Shown here one piece after another: positions 1-7,587 of a stretch of 32,000 nucleotides of DNA. The translations under genes and the position numbers were made by a program. Source of the DNA: Candidatus Electrothrix sp. GW3-4 (GTDB taxonomy: Bacteria; Desulfobacterota; Desulfobulbia; Desulfobulbales; Desulfobulbaceae). The stretch covers positions 4,500,001-4,532,000 of the forward strand of contig NZ_CP147990.1 of NCBI RefSeq assembly GCF_037902255.1. The letters are read 5' to 3'. The notes beneath the pieces were generated by a model. It had not been told where the DNA came from. It saw only the letters and a list, made by a program, of their open reading frames with translations, and made no database searches. Position 1 is the stretch's first letter; each line of letters starts with the position of its first letter.

Positions 1-531
1 CAGAGTCGCCAGACAGGAAGCGGCCAGACCTGCCCCGGATCGTAACCTACCCAGGGTGGCATAACCGCAGGGGGCAGCAAGCAAGGCGGTTCGTTGGTCA
101 AAGGCCCTGTTATCAAGCTGCTGATTCCTGGCTACGGCGTTTTTGATAGAGGACAGGCCGAGGCGCTGAGACACCGCGTCCAGCTCAGGCATGGTGGTAT
201 TCAGGTCAGGCCCCATAGAATACCGTTCCTCCATATAGGGCTTGATGGCCCGCATAAAACGAAACAGGGCCTCCTGCTTACCCGGACTGGCCGGGTCATA
301 GTCAATGCCGCTCTTGGCTCCGTCCGCCCGGATGCCAGCAATTCGCATCTTCAGGGTCATGGTGGCGGCAAGGCGCTGAACACATTCGCAGGTCAGCCCC
401 TGCTGTACCCGGAGTCCCCCAGCGGCCAGCCTGTGCGTCATCGAATCAATGACCAACCATCCCTTGAACCCTTCAAGAGGGTCCGTATACTCGACAATAA
501 GATCCGACTTTTTTTTTGTATTAGTGAACAT
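1..531 (-). CDS. Glu/Leu/Phe/Val amino-acid dehydrogenase family protein (5' part only; continues past the left edge)
   Basis: Absent from the ORF track because no stop lies in the window. Hand translation of the minus strand from ATG 531 stays open for all 177 codons to base 1: MFTNTKKKSDLIVEYTDPLEGFKGWLVIDSMTHRLAAGGLRVQQG...TLKMRIAGIRADGAKSGIDYDPASPGKQEALFRFMRAI... The AAGGLR and GAKSGIDYDP blocks resemble the Gly-rich/catalytic-Lys region of the GDH/LeuDH superfamily. There is no clear SD before 531, so the start is tentative. Confidence 0.6.
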   Translation of the reverse strand, partial: MFTNTKKKSDLIVEYTDPLEGFKGWLVIDSMTHRLAAGGLRVQQGLTCECVQRLAATMTLKMRIAGIRADGAKSGIDYDPASPGKQEALFRFMRAIKPYMEERYSMGPDLNTTMPELDAVSQRLGLSSIKNAVARNQQLDNRAFDQRTALLAAPCGYATLGRLRSGAGLAASCLATL

Positions 532-554
532 AGAACGTGGTGCTGGGAAAGAGA

Positions 555-1157
555 TTAAACGATAATGATCGGGGATTCCTGATCTATTTTTCCTTCAAAA
601 AAGGCGCGCATGGAGGGCTTGTCAATATCCACCATAGAGATGATAAAGGAGAACATCTTGCTTTCTTTAACCAGGAGGGTGTCCAGGCGGGTTGGGGTGT
701 CACGGAGGGGATCGCCTTCCCAGGGAACCACATGGATGTGATAGGCTCCGAAAATGGAAAGGCCTTCTTGGGTACAGAGTTCGAGGCACTCTCTAAACTC
801 TTGAGGATCGGTAATCCAGCCTCGTTTATTGAGCGGCGTGGTCGATGGAACAGCATGTTCCTCCATCATCTTGTCCATAAAGCTTTTCAGCGGTTCCTGA
901 TTCCTGGCGTTTTTTTTTACCGGAAGCACCTTGCGCACATGCAGCTCTCTCCCGGTATGCACTCCGGCAAGGATGCCAAAGGCCCTGTTGACCTTGCTTT
1001 CCCCAGGGAGGAAGTCCCCGGCCACCTTTCGTCGGCAATGGGTAATGATCTCCTCCCAGACCTTCTCGGGAAGGAGTATCCTGTCTATATCTTTTCTCCA
1101 GCTCATTGATTCATTTCTGTAGTATCCATAAAAAGCAAAAAATCTGCACGATGACAT
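555..1157 (-). CDS. JAB/MPN (JAMM-like) domain protein
   Basis: 200-aa ORF. It contains ...PGESKVNRAFGILAG... followed by GAYHIHVVPWEGDPLRDTPTRLD. That gives E / H-x-H / P-T-x-x-D in JAMM order, but with a longer than usual spacer between HxH and (S/T)xxD. An alternative ATG lies at 1106 (MSWRKDIDRILLPEKVW...). Neither start has an obvious SD. Confidence 0.5.
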   Translation of the reverse strand: MSSCRFFAFYGYYRNESMSWRKDIDRILLPEKVWEEIITHCRRKVAGDFLPGESKVNRAFGILAGVHTGRELHVRKVLPVKKNARNQEPLKSFMDKMMEEHAVPSTTPLNKRGWITDPQEFRECLELCTQEGLSIFGAYHIHVVPWEGDPLRDTPTRLDTLLVKESKMFSFIISMVDIDKPSMRAFFEGKIDQESPIIIV

Positions 1158-1576
1158 GTCTCTGAGAAAACGAGCCCGGCATCACATTGCGCTTACACAG
1201 GGAACGGTTCCTTTCATGAACTTGTGCCCCAGAGGGAAGGAAGCAACCTCGAAGCGTCACCAGATGAAAGGACTGCCTTTTTCGTGTAATAGAACACCGG
1301 ATATGAGCAGAATCAATGCTGTGAAGACCGTCTTTCCCTGCAAGATCTTTTTTGCTCAGCAATCCCTCTTGTGACAGACTTCAGCTGTTCAACAAGTTGA
1401 GATAAGAATACTCTTCAGCAGATTATTTGGCAAGCCGCTTTGCAAAAAGGAGATAATTACGACCTGCGCAGCTGCCCTGCAAGAGGAATTTAACCGTCAA
1501 AAAACAGGAATTTCCTCGCTGTGAGAAAAAAGGATACACCTCTGGGCAGGGCTACCACAAGAGAGCAGTGGAATCT

Positions 1577-1610
1577 TGCCAGTCATCAAGGGCGCTCCTG
1601 ATGACTGGCA
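1577..1610 (-). terminator. Perfect 12-bp stem / 10-nt loop hairpin about 20 nt after the der stop; no U-tract
   Basis: TGCCAGTCATCA (1577-1588), loop AGGGCGCTCC, TGATGACTGGCA (1599-1610). On the minus strand it is followed by AGATTCCACTGC, which is not T-rich. It is therefore either a non-canonical terminator or an RNA-stability/processing hairpin. Confidence 0.3.
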
Positions 1611-1628
1611 GGACGCAACAAAGCGACC

Positions 1629-2981
1629 CTAGCGTTTGCTGCGCCCGCTCCGTTCCCGGAAGAAGAGACGCACCGGTATCCGATCCAGGCCCAGTCCTTC
1701 CCGGAAACGATTTGTCAGGTAGCGCTGGTAGGAGAAATGGATTCCCTTAGGGAAGTTGGCAATCACGACAAAGGTGGGTGGGGCTGAGTCGAGCTGGGTC
1801 GTGTAGTAGAGCTTCAGGCGTCGGCCGCGATACATGGGCGGCTCGTGATGAAGGGTTGCCGCTTCCAGCAGGCGATTGAGGGCAGAAGTGGAAAAGCGCT
1901 GATGAAACTGACGGTGGATTTTACCCACCTCAGGGAAGATCCGCTTGATGCCCGAGCCGGTCTTGGCTGATACCCTGAAGACCGGGGCAAAGGGGATGAA
2001 GTTGGTGGCCAGTCGCACATCCTCCAGCAACCAGTCCTGTTTTTTCTTATCGTCCTGGATCAGGTCCCATTTATTAATAAGGATCAGCAGGGCCCGGCCA
2101 TGATCCTGGGTGTAGCCGATCACCTTGGTGTCCTGCTCGGTGATGCCCTCCTCCGCATCAATGACCACCACCGCGATGTCGCAACGACTCAGGGCCTTGA
2201 GGGCCTTGAGGATGGAGAACTTCTCCAGCTTGTCCTTAGTCTTGCCCTTACGACGGATCCCTGCCGTATCGATGAGCAGGTAGGTATACTGATCGCGGCT
2301 GAGCAAGGTGTCCACCGAGTCACGGGTGGTGCCGGAGATATCAGAGACCACCATCCGCTCCTGGCCCATGATGGCATTGACCATCGAGGATTTGCCCACA
2401 TTGGGTCGACCCAGAAAGGCAAGGCGAATAGTCCCTTCAGGCAGCTCTGGCGGGGCCTCGCTTGCACCCAGCTTCTCGGCAAGGGCTTCCATCAGGGTCC
2501 GGAAGCCGTAGCCATGATCCCCGGATAAGGCCCAGAGCTCGGGCACGCCCAGTTCCCAGAAAGGGGTCAGTAACTCGGTTTCGATCTCTGGCGAGTCAAT
2601 CTTATTGACCACAAAGAAGATCTCTTTCTTGGCGCGCCGAAGCAGATTGACGATCTCGTGGTCACCGGGCAGCACGCCCTGCCGACCGTCCAGGAGCAGG
2701 AGGATGACATCGGCCTCTTCCACGGCCTGCAAGGCCTGGGTACGAATATGATCGCTGAATTGATCTGTGTCCGGACCATCCACCTCCTCAATGCCGCCGG
2801 TATCCACCAACATAAAGGCGTACTCCTCCCAGCTGGCCTGGGCATAATGGCGGTCCCGGGTGACACCGGGTGTGGGATCGACAATGGCGTCGCGCCGTCG
2901 GGTGATGCGGTTAAACAGGGTGGATTTCCCCACATTGGGTCGGCCTATCAGGGCGACCAGAGGACAGGAGTTGCTCTTCAC
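1629..2981 (-). CDS. der: Ribosome-associated GTPase Der (EngA), two tandem GTPase domains plus a KH-like C-terminus
   Basis: 450 aa. First G-domain GRPNVGKSTLFN...DTGG...NKID. Second G-domain GRPNVGKSSMVN...DTAGIRRK...NKWD. The C-terminal region is typical of EngA. The start codon is GTG at 2979-2981. Confidence 0.97.
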   Translation of the reverse strand: MKSNSCPLVALIGRPNVGKSTLFNRITRRRDAIVDPTPGVTRDRHYAQASWEEYAFMLVDTGGIEEVDGPDTDQFSDHIRTQALQAVEEADVILLLLDGRQGVLPGDHEIVNLLRRAKKEIFFVVNKIDSPEIETELLTPFWELGVPELWALSGDHGYGFRTLMEALAEKLGASEAPPELPEGTIRLAFLGRPNVGKSSMVNAIMGQERMVVSDISGTTRDSVDTLLSRDQYTYLLIDTAGIRRKGKTKDKLEKFSILKALKALSRCDIAVVVIDAEEGITEQDTKVIGYTQDHGRALLILINKWDLIQDDKKKQDWLLEDVRLATNFIPFAPVFRVSAKTGSGIKRIFPEVGKIHRQFHQRFSTSALNRLLEAATLHHEPPMYRGRRLKLYYTTQLDSAPPTFVVIANFPKGIHFSYQRYLTNRFREGLGLDRIPVRLFFRERSGRSKR

Positions 2982-3326
2982 GATCAGTCTGCTTTGTCAA
3001 AGGTTAAAAATTGGCGTGCCAGCTGCTGCATTGTCAGTTGCAATCAACACAGAATAGGGTATCTGCCTGGGTGTCGGTCAATGGTTGGCGCAAGAATACT
3101 CGTAGTTAGGGGATTTGGCAAGCAGGGTTTTGCTGAACACGGTGAGATCGTTTTTCTGCTTCTGGGTGGAGAAGGGGATAGTGAAGATTGGGCAATGGAT
3201 CAGGTAGGCTTGATTGCTTGCCCTGAGAATCTCAGAGAGAAAAAGGACATGATCACTCAGTGATGGGTGGCTGGCGCAGCGGGGCACCAGCAGGAATGGG
3301 CGAGGAACTGTGCCTGCAAGCGGGCC

Positions 3327-3812
3327 CTACTCCTCTTTATACTCGCAGTCTTTGCAATCCTCTTCCGTGCAACCGTGCTTGCAATAATAGCCAAAGCCGG
3401 ACTCCCAGGTGATCCCGCCTTTGGGGCATTTTTCCACATACTCGGCATACTTGACCAGCCGTTCCACAATGGCCTTGGGCACCGAGTGCTCCATCTTGCA
3501 GGCCGCCTCATCGGCCTCCCGCTGATCAACCCCGAGGACATTGACCAGGAAGTTTTCCAGCGCCTTATGGCGACGAACAATCTCCTCCGCAGCATCATGC
3601 CCTTCTTCGGTAAGGGTGATCAGGTCATAGGGGGCATAGTTGACCAGGCCCATTGCCCTTAGGGTCCGCAGGGCCCCTGTCACTGAGGAGGCGCGTACTG
3701 CAAGGTATTCGGCGATATCCTTGGCGCGGGCCGCCATCTTGTCGGCAACAATATTATAGATCGCCTCTAAATAATCTTCCTGGCTGGCAGTGAGTTTGTT
3801 CTTAGGGGGCAT
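3327..3812 (-). CDS. DtxR/IdeR-family metal-dependent transcriptional regulator with a Cys-rich C-terminal tail
   Basis: N-terminal wHTH (LTASQEDYLEAIYNIV...AKDIAEYLAVRASSVTGALRTLRAMGLV) and a dimerisation/metal domain (RRHKALENFL...ADEAACKMEHSV). The C-x-x-E-H block matches the Cys102/Glu105/His106 primary site of DtxR (iron type) rather than the E-x-x-E-H of MntR. The tail is KCPKGGITWESGFGYYCKHGCTEEDCKDCEYKEE. I place the start at ATG 3812 (MPPKNKL...). The track's 3875 start overlaps a candidate promoter. Confidence 0.85.
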   Translation of the reverse strand: MPPKNKLTASQEDYLEAIYNIVADKMAARAKDIAEYLAVRASSVTGALRTLRAMGLVNYAPYDLITLTEEGHDAAEEIVRRHKALENFLVNVLGVDQREADEAACKMEHSVPKAIVERLVKYAEYVEKCPKGGITWESGFGYYCKHGCTEEDCKDCEYKEE

Positions 3813-3846
3813 GATATGGTGTTTTGATGAGCAATAATTTGATTGG

Positions 3847-3875
3847 AATCTACGGCAGATGGGCAGGAAAGTCAA
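3847..3875 (-). promoter_or_regulatory. Candidate sigma70-type promoter for the dtxR-like gene
   Basis: On the minus strand: TTGACT (3875-3870), a 17-nt spacer, then TAGATT (3852-3847). This lies about 35 nt upstream of ATG 3812, between the sanA stop and the regulator. Confidence 0.3.
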
Positions 3876-3906
3876 TCGCTCTTTCCCGCAGGACGCTAAG
3901 CCCGAC

Positions 3907-4545
3907 TCAGACCTTGATCTGTTTTCCTAAAAATCGTGGTCCGGTGTGCAGCAACTCCACATCCAGCACACACTTAACCCTGGATAAGACCTCGCGCAGC
4001 CTGGTCTTCAAGCCGCAACGGAGGCCCACGTCCTGCGCATTATACCCGTAGAGCTCAACCCCGTAGGCCCTGGCTATGTAGATGGCTCGCTCGTTGTGAA
4101 ACTTCTGGGAGATAACCACGCCCCGCTGCCTGCCAAAGACCTTTTTGAAGCGGATGATTGAGTCAAGGGTCCTGAAGCCTGCATAGTCGCAGATGATATC
4201 TTCACTGGCCACACCTGCCTTGAGCAGGTCCTTCCTCATCCTTTGGGGCTCATTATACTGCATGGTCTCGTTATCCCCGGAAACGATGATCTTTTCGCAC
4301 CCGCCATTGTCGTACAGCCTTTTCGCGGCCTCTATCCTGTATGTATAGTAGAGGTTCCTCCGGCCACCAGGCAAATACTTGGAGGTCCCTAACAGGATAG
4401 CGCAGTACACCTTGGGGGGGGGATCCAGACGGTCATAACTGTAGCGCCCATAACTGCTGATCACCAGGTTGGGAATGATGATAGCAGCAACCACCAACAG
4501 CAAGATGACTATGCAGGATCTGCGTATCTTGACTTTTTTCTTCAT
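3907..4545 (-). CDS. sanA: SanA/YdcF (DUF218) family inner-membrane protein
   Basis: 212 aa with an N-terminal TM segment. Long collinear blocks resemble E. coli SanA as I recall it: LGTSKY...YYTYRIEAAKRLY...SGDN...YNEPQRMRKDLLKAGV...DYAGFRTLDSIIRFKKVF...ISQKFHNERAIYIA...PRFLG. Confidence 0.8.
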   Translation of the reverse strand: MKKKVKIRRSCIVILLLVVAAIIIPNLVISSYGRYSYDRLDPPPKVYCAILLGTSKYLPGGRRNLYYTYRIEAAKRLYDNGGCEKIIVSGDNETMQYNEPQRMRKDLLKAGVASEDIICDYAGFRTLDSIIRFKKVFGRQRGVVISQKFHNERAIYIARAYGVELYGYNAQDVGLRCGLKTRLREVLSRVKCVLDVELLHTGPRFLGKQIKV

Positions 4546-4601
4546 CGCATGTGCTGGTCAATCAAGTGGAGCAGAGAAATGGCGTATCCCGTCTCCTTAC
4601 T

Positions 4602-6755
4602 TTATCCCACTCCGAGCAAGCTCCCCAGCTGAAAGATTCCCACCGCCATGCTGAAGGCAAAGAGGGTGTTGAATCCCATGGAAAAAAACGCCCATTTCCA
4701 CGAACCAGCCTCCTTCGCGATGGCAATCACGGTGACAAAACAAGGGGAGTAAAACATGATAAAGAAGAGAAAGGCCAAGGCGGCAATGGGATTCCAATGC
4801 CTATCGTTAGCAAGCCGATCTTTTAATGAGGTTGTTTTTTTGGGATCCACCTCGCCCAGGGAATAGGCCGTGCCCAGGGTAGAAACGATGACCTCCTTAG
4901 CAGCGAATCCGCCCACCAGAGCAATATTGGTCCTCCAGTCAAAGCCAGCAAAATGGGTGACCGGCTCCAATGCCATACCGATGTGACCGGCTAGGGAATG
5001 GCGCAGGCCAGCCTCGGCCTGGAGGCCATCGATCCGCAACAACGCCTCTTCTTCAGCACTGACAGCGACCGCCTGCTGACGCATAGCCTCAAACTCGGCA
5101 ACCTCATCTGCGGGCAGGCCCGGATAGGTCATCATCGCCCAGAGCAAAATGGAAATACCAAGGATCACCGTGCCTGCTTTTTTTATATACTGCCAGGTCC
5201 TTTCCCAGGTATGGATGAGCAGGCCTTTGGCTGTGGGCATCCGGTAGGGCGGCAGTTCCATAACAAAGGGGGTGGACTCACCCCTTAAGAGTGTCATACG
5301 GAGGAACTTTGCCGCCATCAGGGCCACCAACCAGGTAACAAGGGTTGCCAGAAACATGTACTTGGCCTGATGGGCAGGAAAGAAGGCTGCAATGATAAGG
5401 GTAAGAACCGGCAGTTTGGCACCGCAGTTCATGAAGGGAACTGTCAGCAGGGTGGCCATCCGTTCTTTAGGCGAGCGCAGGGTGCGAGCAGCCAGCACAC
5501 CGGGCACAGCACAGCCGCCTGCAATGCCCCCGGAAATAATAAAAGGCATGACCGAGGATCCATGCAGCCCGAAGAAATGAAAGATCCTATCCATCATAAA
5601 GGCAACCCGGGCCAGATATCCAGAGTCTTCCAGCACGGCAATACCAAAGAACATGAACATGATAATGGGCACAAAACCAAGCACGCCGCCTACCCCGTCA
5701 ATCACCCCGGAGATGATCATGGACTTTATCGGCCCATCGGGCAATATGGCTTCTGTGAGATTGCCCAGCATCTCAAAGAGCAGGCTCATCCAATCAACCA
5801 TAAACCCGGACCAGTTAAAGGTGAAGCTGTACAGGCCGAGCAGAACTGCGGCCATCAGGAGTGGACCTGCCACCCTGTTGGTCACCACCTTGTCGATCTG
5901 ATCTGAGGCATAGAGCCGGTCCTGATCCGACATACGGGTGACCTCTCCCTGGCGCAAGATGGAGCGAATAAAGCCGTAACGGTGATCTGCAATAACGGTT
6001 TCTGGATAGGCCTCAATGGTATCCTGGAGATGCCGAGCCAAGGACTCACTGCGGTCAATAAGCTGTTGCCCGACAACCATGTTCTCCAGCATGACCTTGG
6101 CCACGATCTGTTCGTCATTCTCCAAAATTTTTAAGGCCGTCCATGATGGGGGATAGATCCCCGCAAGAAGCTTATGTTCTTTAATGCTTGGGACTAATTC
6201 TCTTAACGCCTCATCGATATCTGCCCCATAACGGATCAGGGTTCGGGGAGGAGGAGGCGCATTTCTGAGCGTCTGCACGGTTTTCAGGAGCTCCTCCACC
6301 CCTTTTCCGTTGCGAGCGACAATGGGAAGGATCGGCACCCCGGTTAACTGGCTCAGTTTCTCTGTATCAATGCGAATACCGCGCTTCTCTGCCACATCAA
6401 TCATATTGAGTGCGATGACCAGGGGGACGCCCAGTTCGAGAAATTGGCAACTCAGGTACAGGTTTCGCTCCAGATTAGAGGCATCAACGATGTTGACGAC
6501 CACATCTGGCTGTTCATTCACCAGATAATCACGGGCCACCAGTTCTTCCACGGAATAGGCGGTCAGGGAATAGGTCCCTGGCAGATCAACTACCCGAAAA
6601 TCTTGTCCCTTATGGTGGGAAATCCCTTCCTTCTTCTCAACGGTAACACCGGGGTAATTTCCCACATGCTGACGCGCCCCGGTCAGATAGTTAAACAGGG
6701 TGGTCTTGCCAGCATTGGGATTACCAGCAAGGGCGATATGGACAGCCTCGGCCAT
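4602..6755 (-). CDS. feoB: Ferrous iron transporter FeoB (N-terminal G-domain plus polytopic permease)
   Basis: 717 aa. Motifs: GNPNAGKTTLFN, DLPGTYSL, ALNMID, then a long hydrophobic permease region. The start ATG (6753-6755) overlaps the feoA stop TGA (6755-6757) by 1 nt. Confidence 0.97.
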   Translation of the reverse strand: MAEAVHIALAGNPNAGKTTLFNYLTGARQHVGNYPGVTVEKKEGISHHKGQDFRVVDLPGTYSLTAYSVEELVARDYLVNEQPDVVVNIVDASNLERNLYLSCQFLELGVPLVIALNMIDVAEKRGIRIDTEKLSQLTGVPILPIVARNGKGVEELLKTVQTLRNAPPPPRTLIRYGADIDEALRELVPSIKEHKLLAGIYPPSWTALKILENDEQIVAKVMLENMVVGQQLIDRSESLARHLQDTIEAYPETVIADHRYGFIRSILRQGEVTRMSDQDRLYASDQIDKVVTNRVAGPLLMAAVLLGLYSFTFNWSGFMVDWMSLLFEMLGNLTEAILPDGPIKSMIISGVIDGVGGVLGFVPIIMFMFFGIAVLEDSGYLARVAFMMDRIFHFFGLHGSSVMPFIISGGIAGGCAVPGVLAARTLRSPKERMATLLTVPFMNCGAKLPVLTLIIAAFFPAHQAKYMFLATLVTWLVALMAAKFLRMTLLRGESTPFVMELPPYRMPTAKGLLIHTWERTWQYIKKAGTVILGISILLWAMMTYPGLPADEVAEFEAMRQQAVAVSAEEEALLRIDGLQAEAGLRHSLAGHIGMALEPVTHFAGFDWRTNIALVGGFAAKEVIVSTLGTAYSLGEVDPKKTTSLKDRLANDRHWNPIAALAFLFFIMFYSPCFVTVIAIAKEAGSWKWAFFSMGFNTLFAFSMAVGIFQLGSLLGVG

Positions 6756-6997
6756 CAGTATTTCCCCTCCGCAGGATCTGTTTCCACTTCAATATGATCT
6801 GCCTCGCTATTACGCAGGGTTAAGGTCTGGCCATGAAGACGAAGTTTTACAGGATCATATAAAGGGGCCCGCCCTGTCACTGTAATCTCGGTCCCCGGCA
6901 CAAGCCCCATCTCTCTGATCCGCAACCCAAGGCTTCCGCCTATCTTTATAGAAGCGATAATGCCGGATTGTCCGGTCTGCATGTTTCGTAAATTCAT
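6755..6997 (-). CDS. feoA: FeoA (SH3-like ferrous iron transport protein A)
   Basis: 80 aa: LRNMQTGQSGIIASI...LRIREMGLVPGTEITV...APLYDPVKLRLHGQTLTLRNSEADHIEV. It is translationally coupled to feoB (TGATG overlap). Its ATG directly abuts the TAA of the upstream small ORF (TAAATG). Confidence 0.9.
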   Translation of the reverse strand: MNLRNMQTGQSGIIASIKIGGSLGLRIREMGLVPGTEITVTGRAPLYDPVKLRLHGQTLTLRNSEADHIEVETDPAEGKY

Positions 6998-7174
6998 TTA
7001 GTCCTGCTCCCCTTGTTGTTCACTCTGCGGCGAACATGCCGATCCTGCATTTTTCCCGCAACCAGAGCAACCTCCTGGGCAGGAACTCGTTCCTGACCGA
7101 TATGAACGAAACAGAGATCTCCCAACATAAAGGCAGGCTACCAGGACAACAAGCACCACGATAAGATTCTGCAT
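6998..7174 (-). CDS. FeoB-associated Cys-rich small membrane protein (58 aa; below the ORF-track cutoff)
   Basis: Hand translation from ATG 7174 to TAA 7000-6998: MQNLIVVLVVLVACLYVGRSLFRSYRSGTSSCPGGCSGCGKNAGSACSPQSEQQGEQD. It has one N-terminal TM helix followed by CxxGCxGC, the pattern of the 'FeoB-associated Cys-rich membrane protein' family. AAGGA lies 8-9 nt upstream of the ATG. Confidence 0.75.
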   Translation of the reverse strand: MQNLIVVLVVLVACLYVGRSLFRSYRSGTSSCPGGCSGCGKNAGSACSPQSEQQGEQD

Positions 7175-7236
7175 AGCTCTTTCCTTGAGTAAACTTATTT
7201 AGTCCAAGCTAAAAAAAATGCCAAAAAAAAGAGCCG

Positions 7237-7542
7237 TCAGGCCGGACAGACAAAAATATTTCGAGCGGTTAATGCATCCAGACTGAGGGTCCCGCCGTTA
7301 ATTCTCACCATACATTGCTTTCGCCCTCGTCCTCGTGCAGGGCAGAGCAGCTCCAGCACGGTTCCGGGTAAAACGCCCAGAGCGGCCATTCTGCCGCAGG
7401 CACTCCGGTCTCCGCTGACTTTGCATACTCGCACTCTACTGCAACCGCAACATTCCGACAGCGGCCGAACCTCCTCAGCCGACGGCGTCCTCTGGCATTT
7501 GAAGCTGCGCAAATAACAGGAAAGTATATTGCATTTTTTCAT
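7237..7542 (-). CDS. FeoA-domain protein with a Cys-rich N-terminal extension
   Basis: The C-terminal half is FeoA-like (VCKVSGDRSACGRMAALGVLPGTVLELL...CMVRINGGTLSLDALTARNIFV). The N-terminal ~40 aa carry many Cys residues (KKCNILSCYLRSFKC...SECCGCSRVRVC). The track start at 7545 is GTG; ATG follows at 7542. Confidence 0.7.
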   Translation of the reverse strand: MKKCNILSCYLRSFKCQRTPSAEEVRPLSECCGCSRVRVCKVSGDRSACGRMAALGVLPGTVLELLCPARGRGRKQCMVRINGGTLSLDALTARNIFVCPA

Positions 7543-7563
7543 CACGACATTTCTCTTTAAAAT

Positions 7564-7587
7564 AAAAGTTAGGTGCAGCGAACTTTT
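7564..7587. promoter_or_regulatory. Inverted repeat AAAAGTT-N10-AACTTTT just upstream of the feo locus (candidate operator)
   Basis: The 7-nt arms are perfect complements (7564-7570 and 7581-7587). The repeat lies 20-45 nt upstream of the feoA-like start. A perfect TTGACA on the minus strand (7598-7593) ends 5 nt upstream of it. Confidence 0.35.

Noticed and set aside
94-1122. Plus-strand ORFs 94-558 (154 aa), 537-1109 (190 aa) and 931-1122, plus nested minus-strand ORFs 584-856 and 826-1038
   Set aside because: They are antisense to, or out of frame with, the GDH-like and JAB genes. They have TTG/GTG starts and an Arg/Gly/His/Pro-rich composition with no recognisable motifs, which is typical of shadow ORFs.
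1428-1444. Sigma54-like element TGGCA-N-TTGCA on the plus strand
   Set aside because: The GG-to-GC spacing is one nucleotide longer than the strict -24/-12 spacing. No plus-strand gene lies downstream.
3078-3287. 69-aa minus-strand ORF between the dtxR-like gene and der
   Set aside because: It has a GTG start without an SD and no family resemblance. It could be a real small protein, but nothing in the sequence supports calling it.
7569-7587. DtxR/IdeR box (TTAGGTTAGCCTAACCTAA) similarity
   Set aside because: Only 11 of 19 positions match by hand alignment. I kept the underlying inverted repeat as an observation but did not call it a DtxR box.
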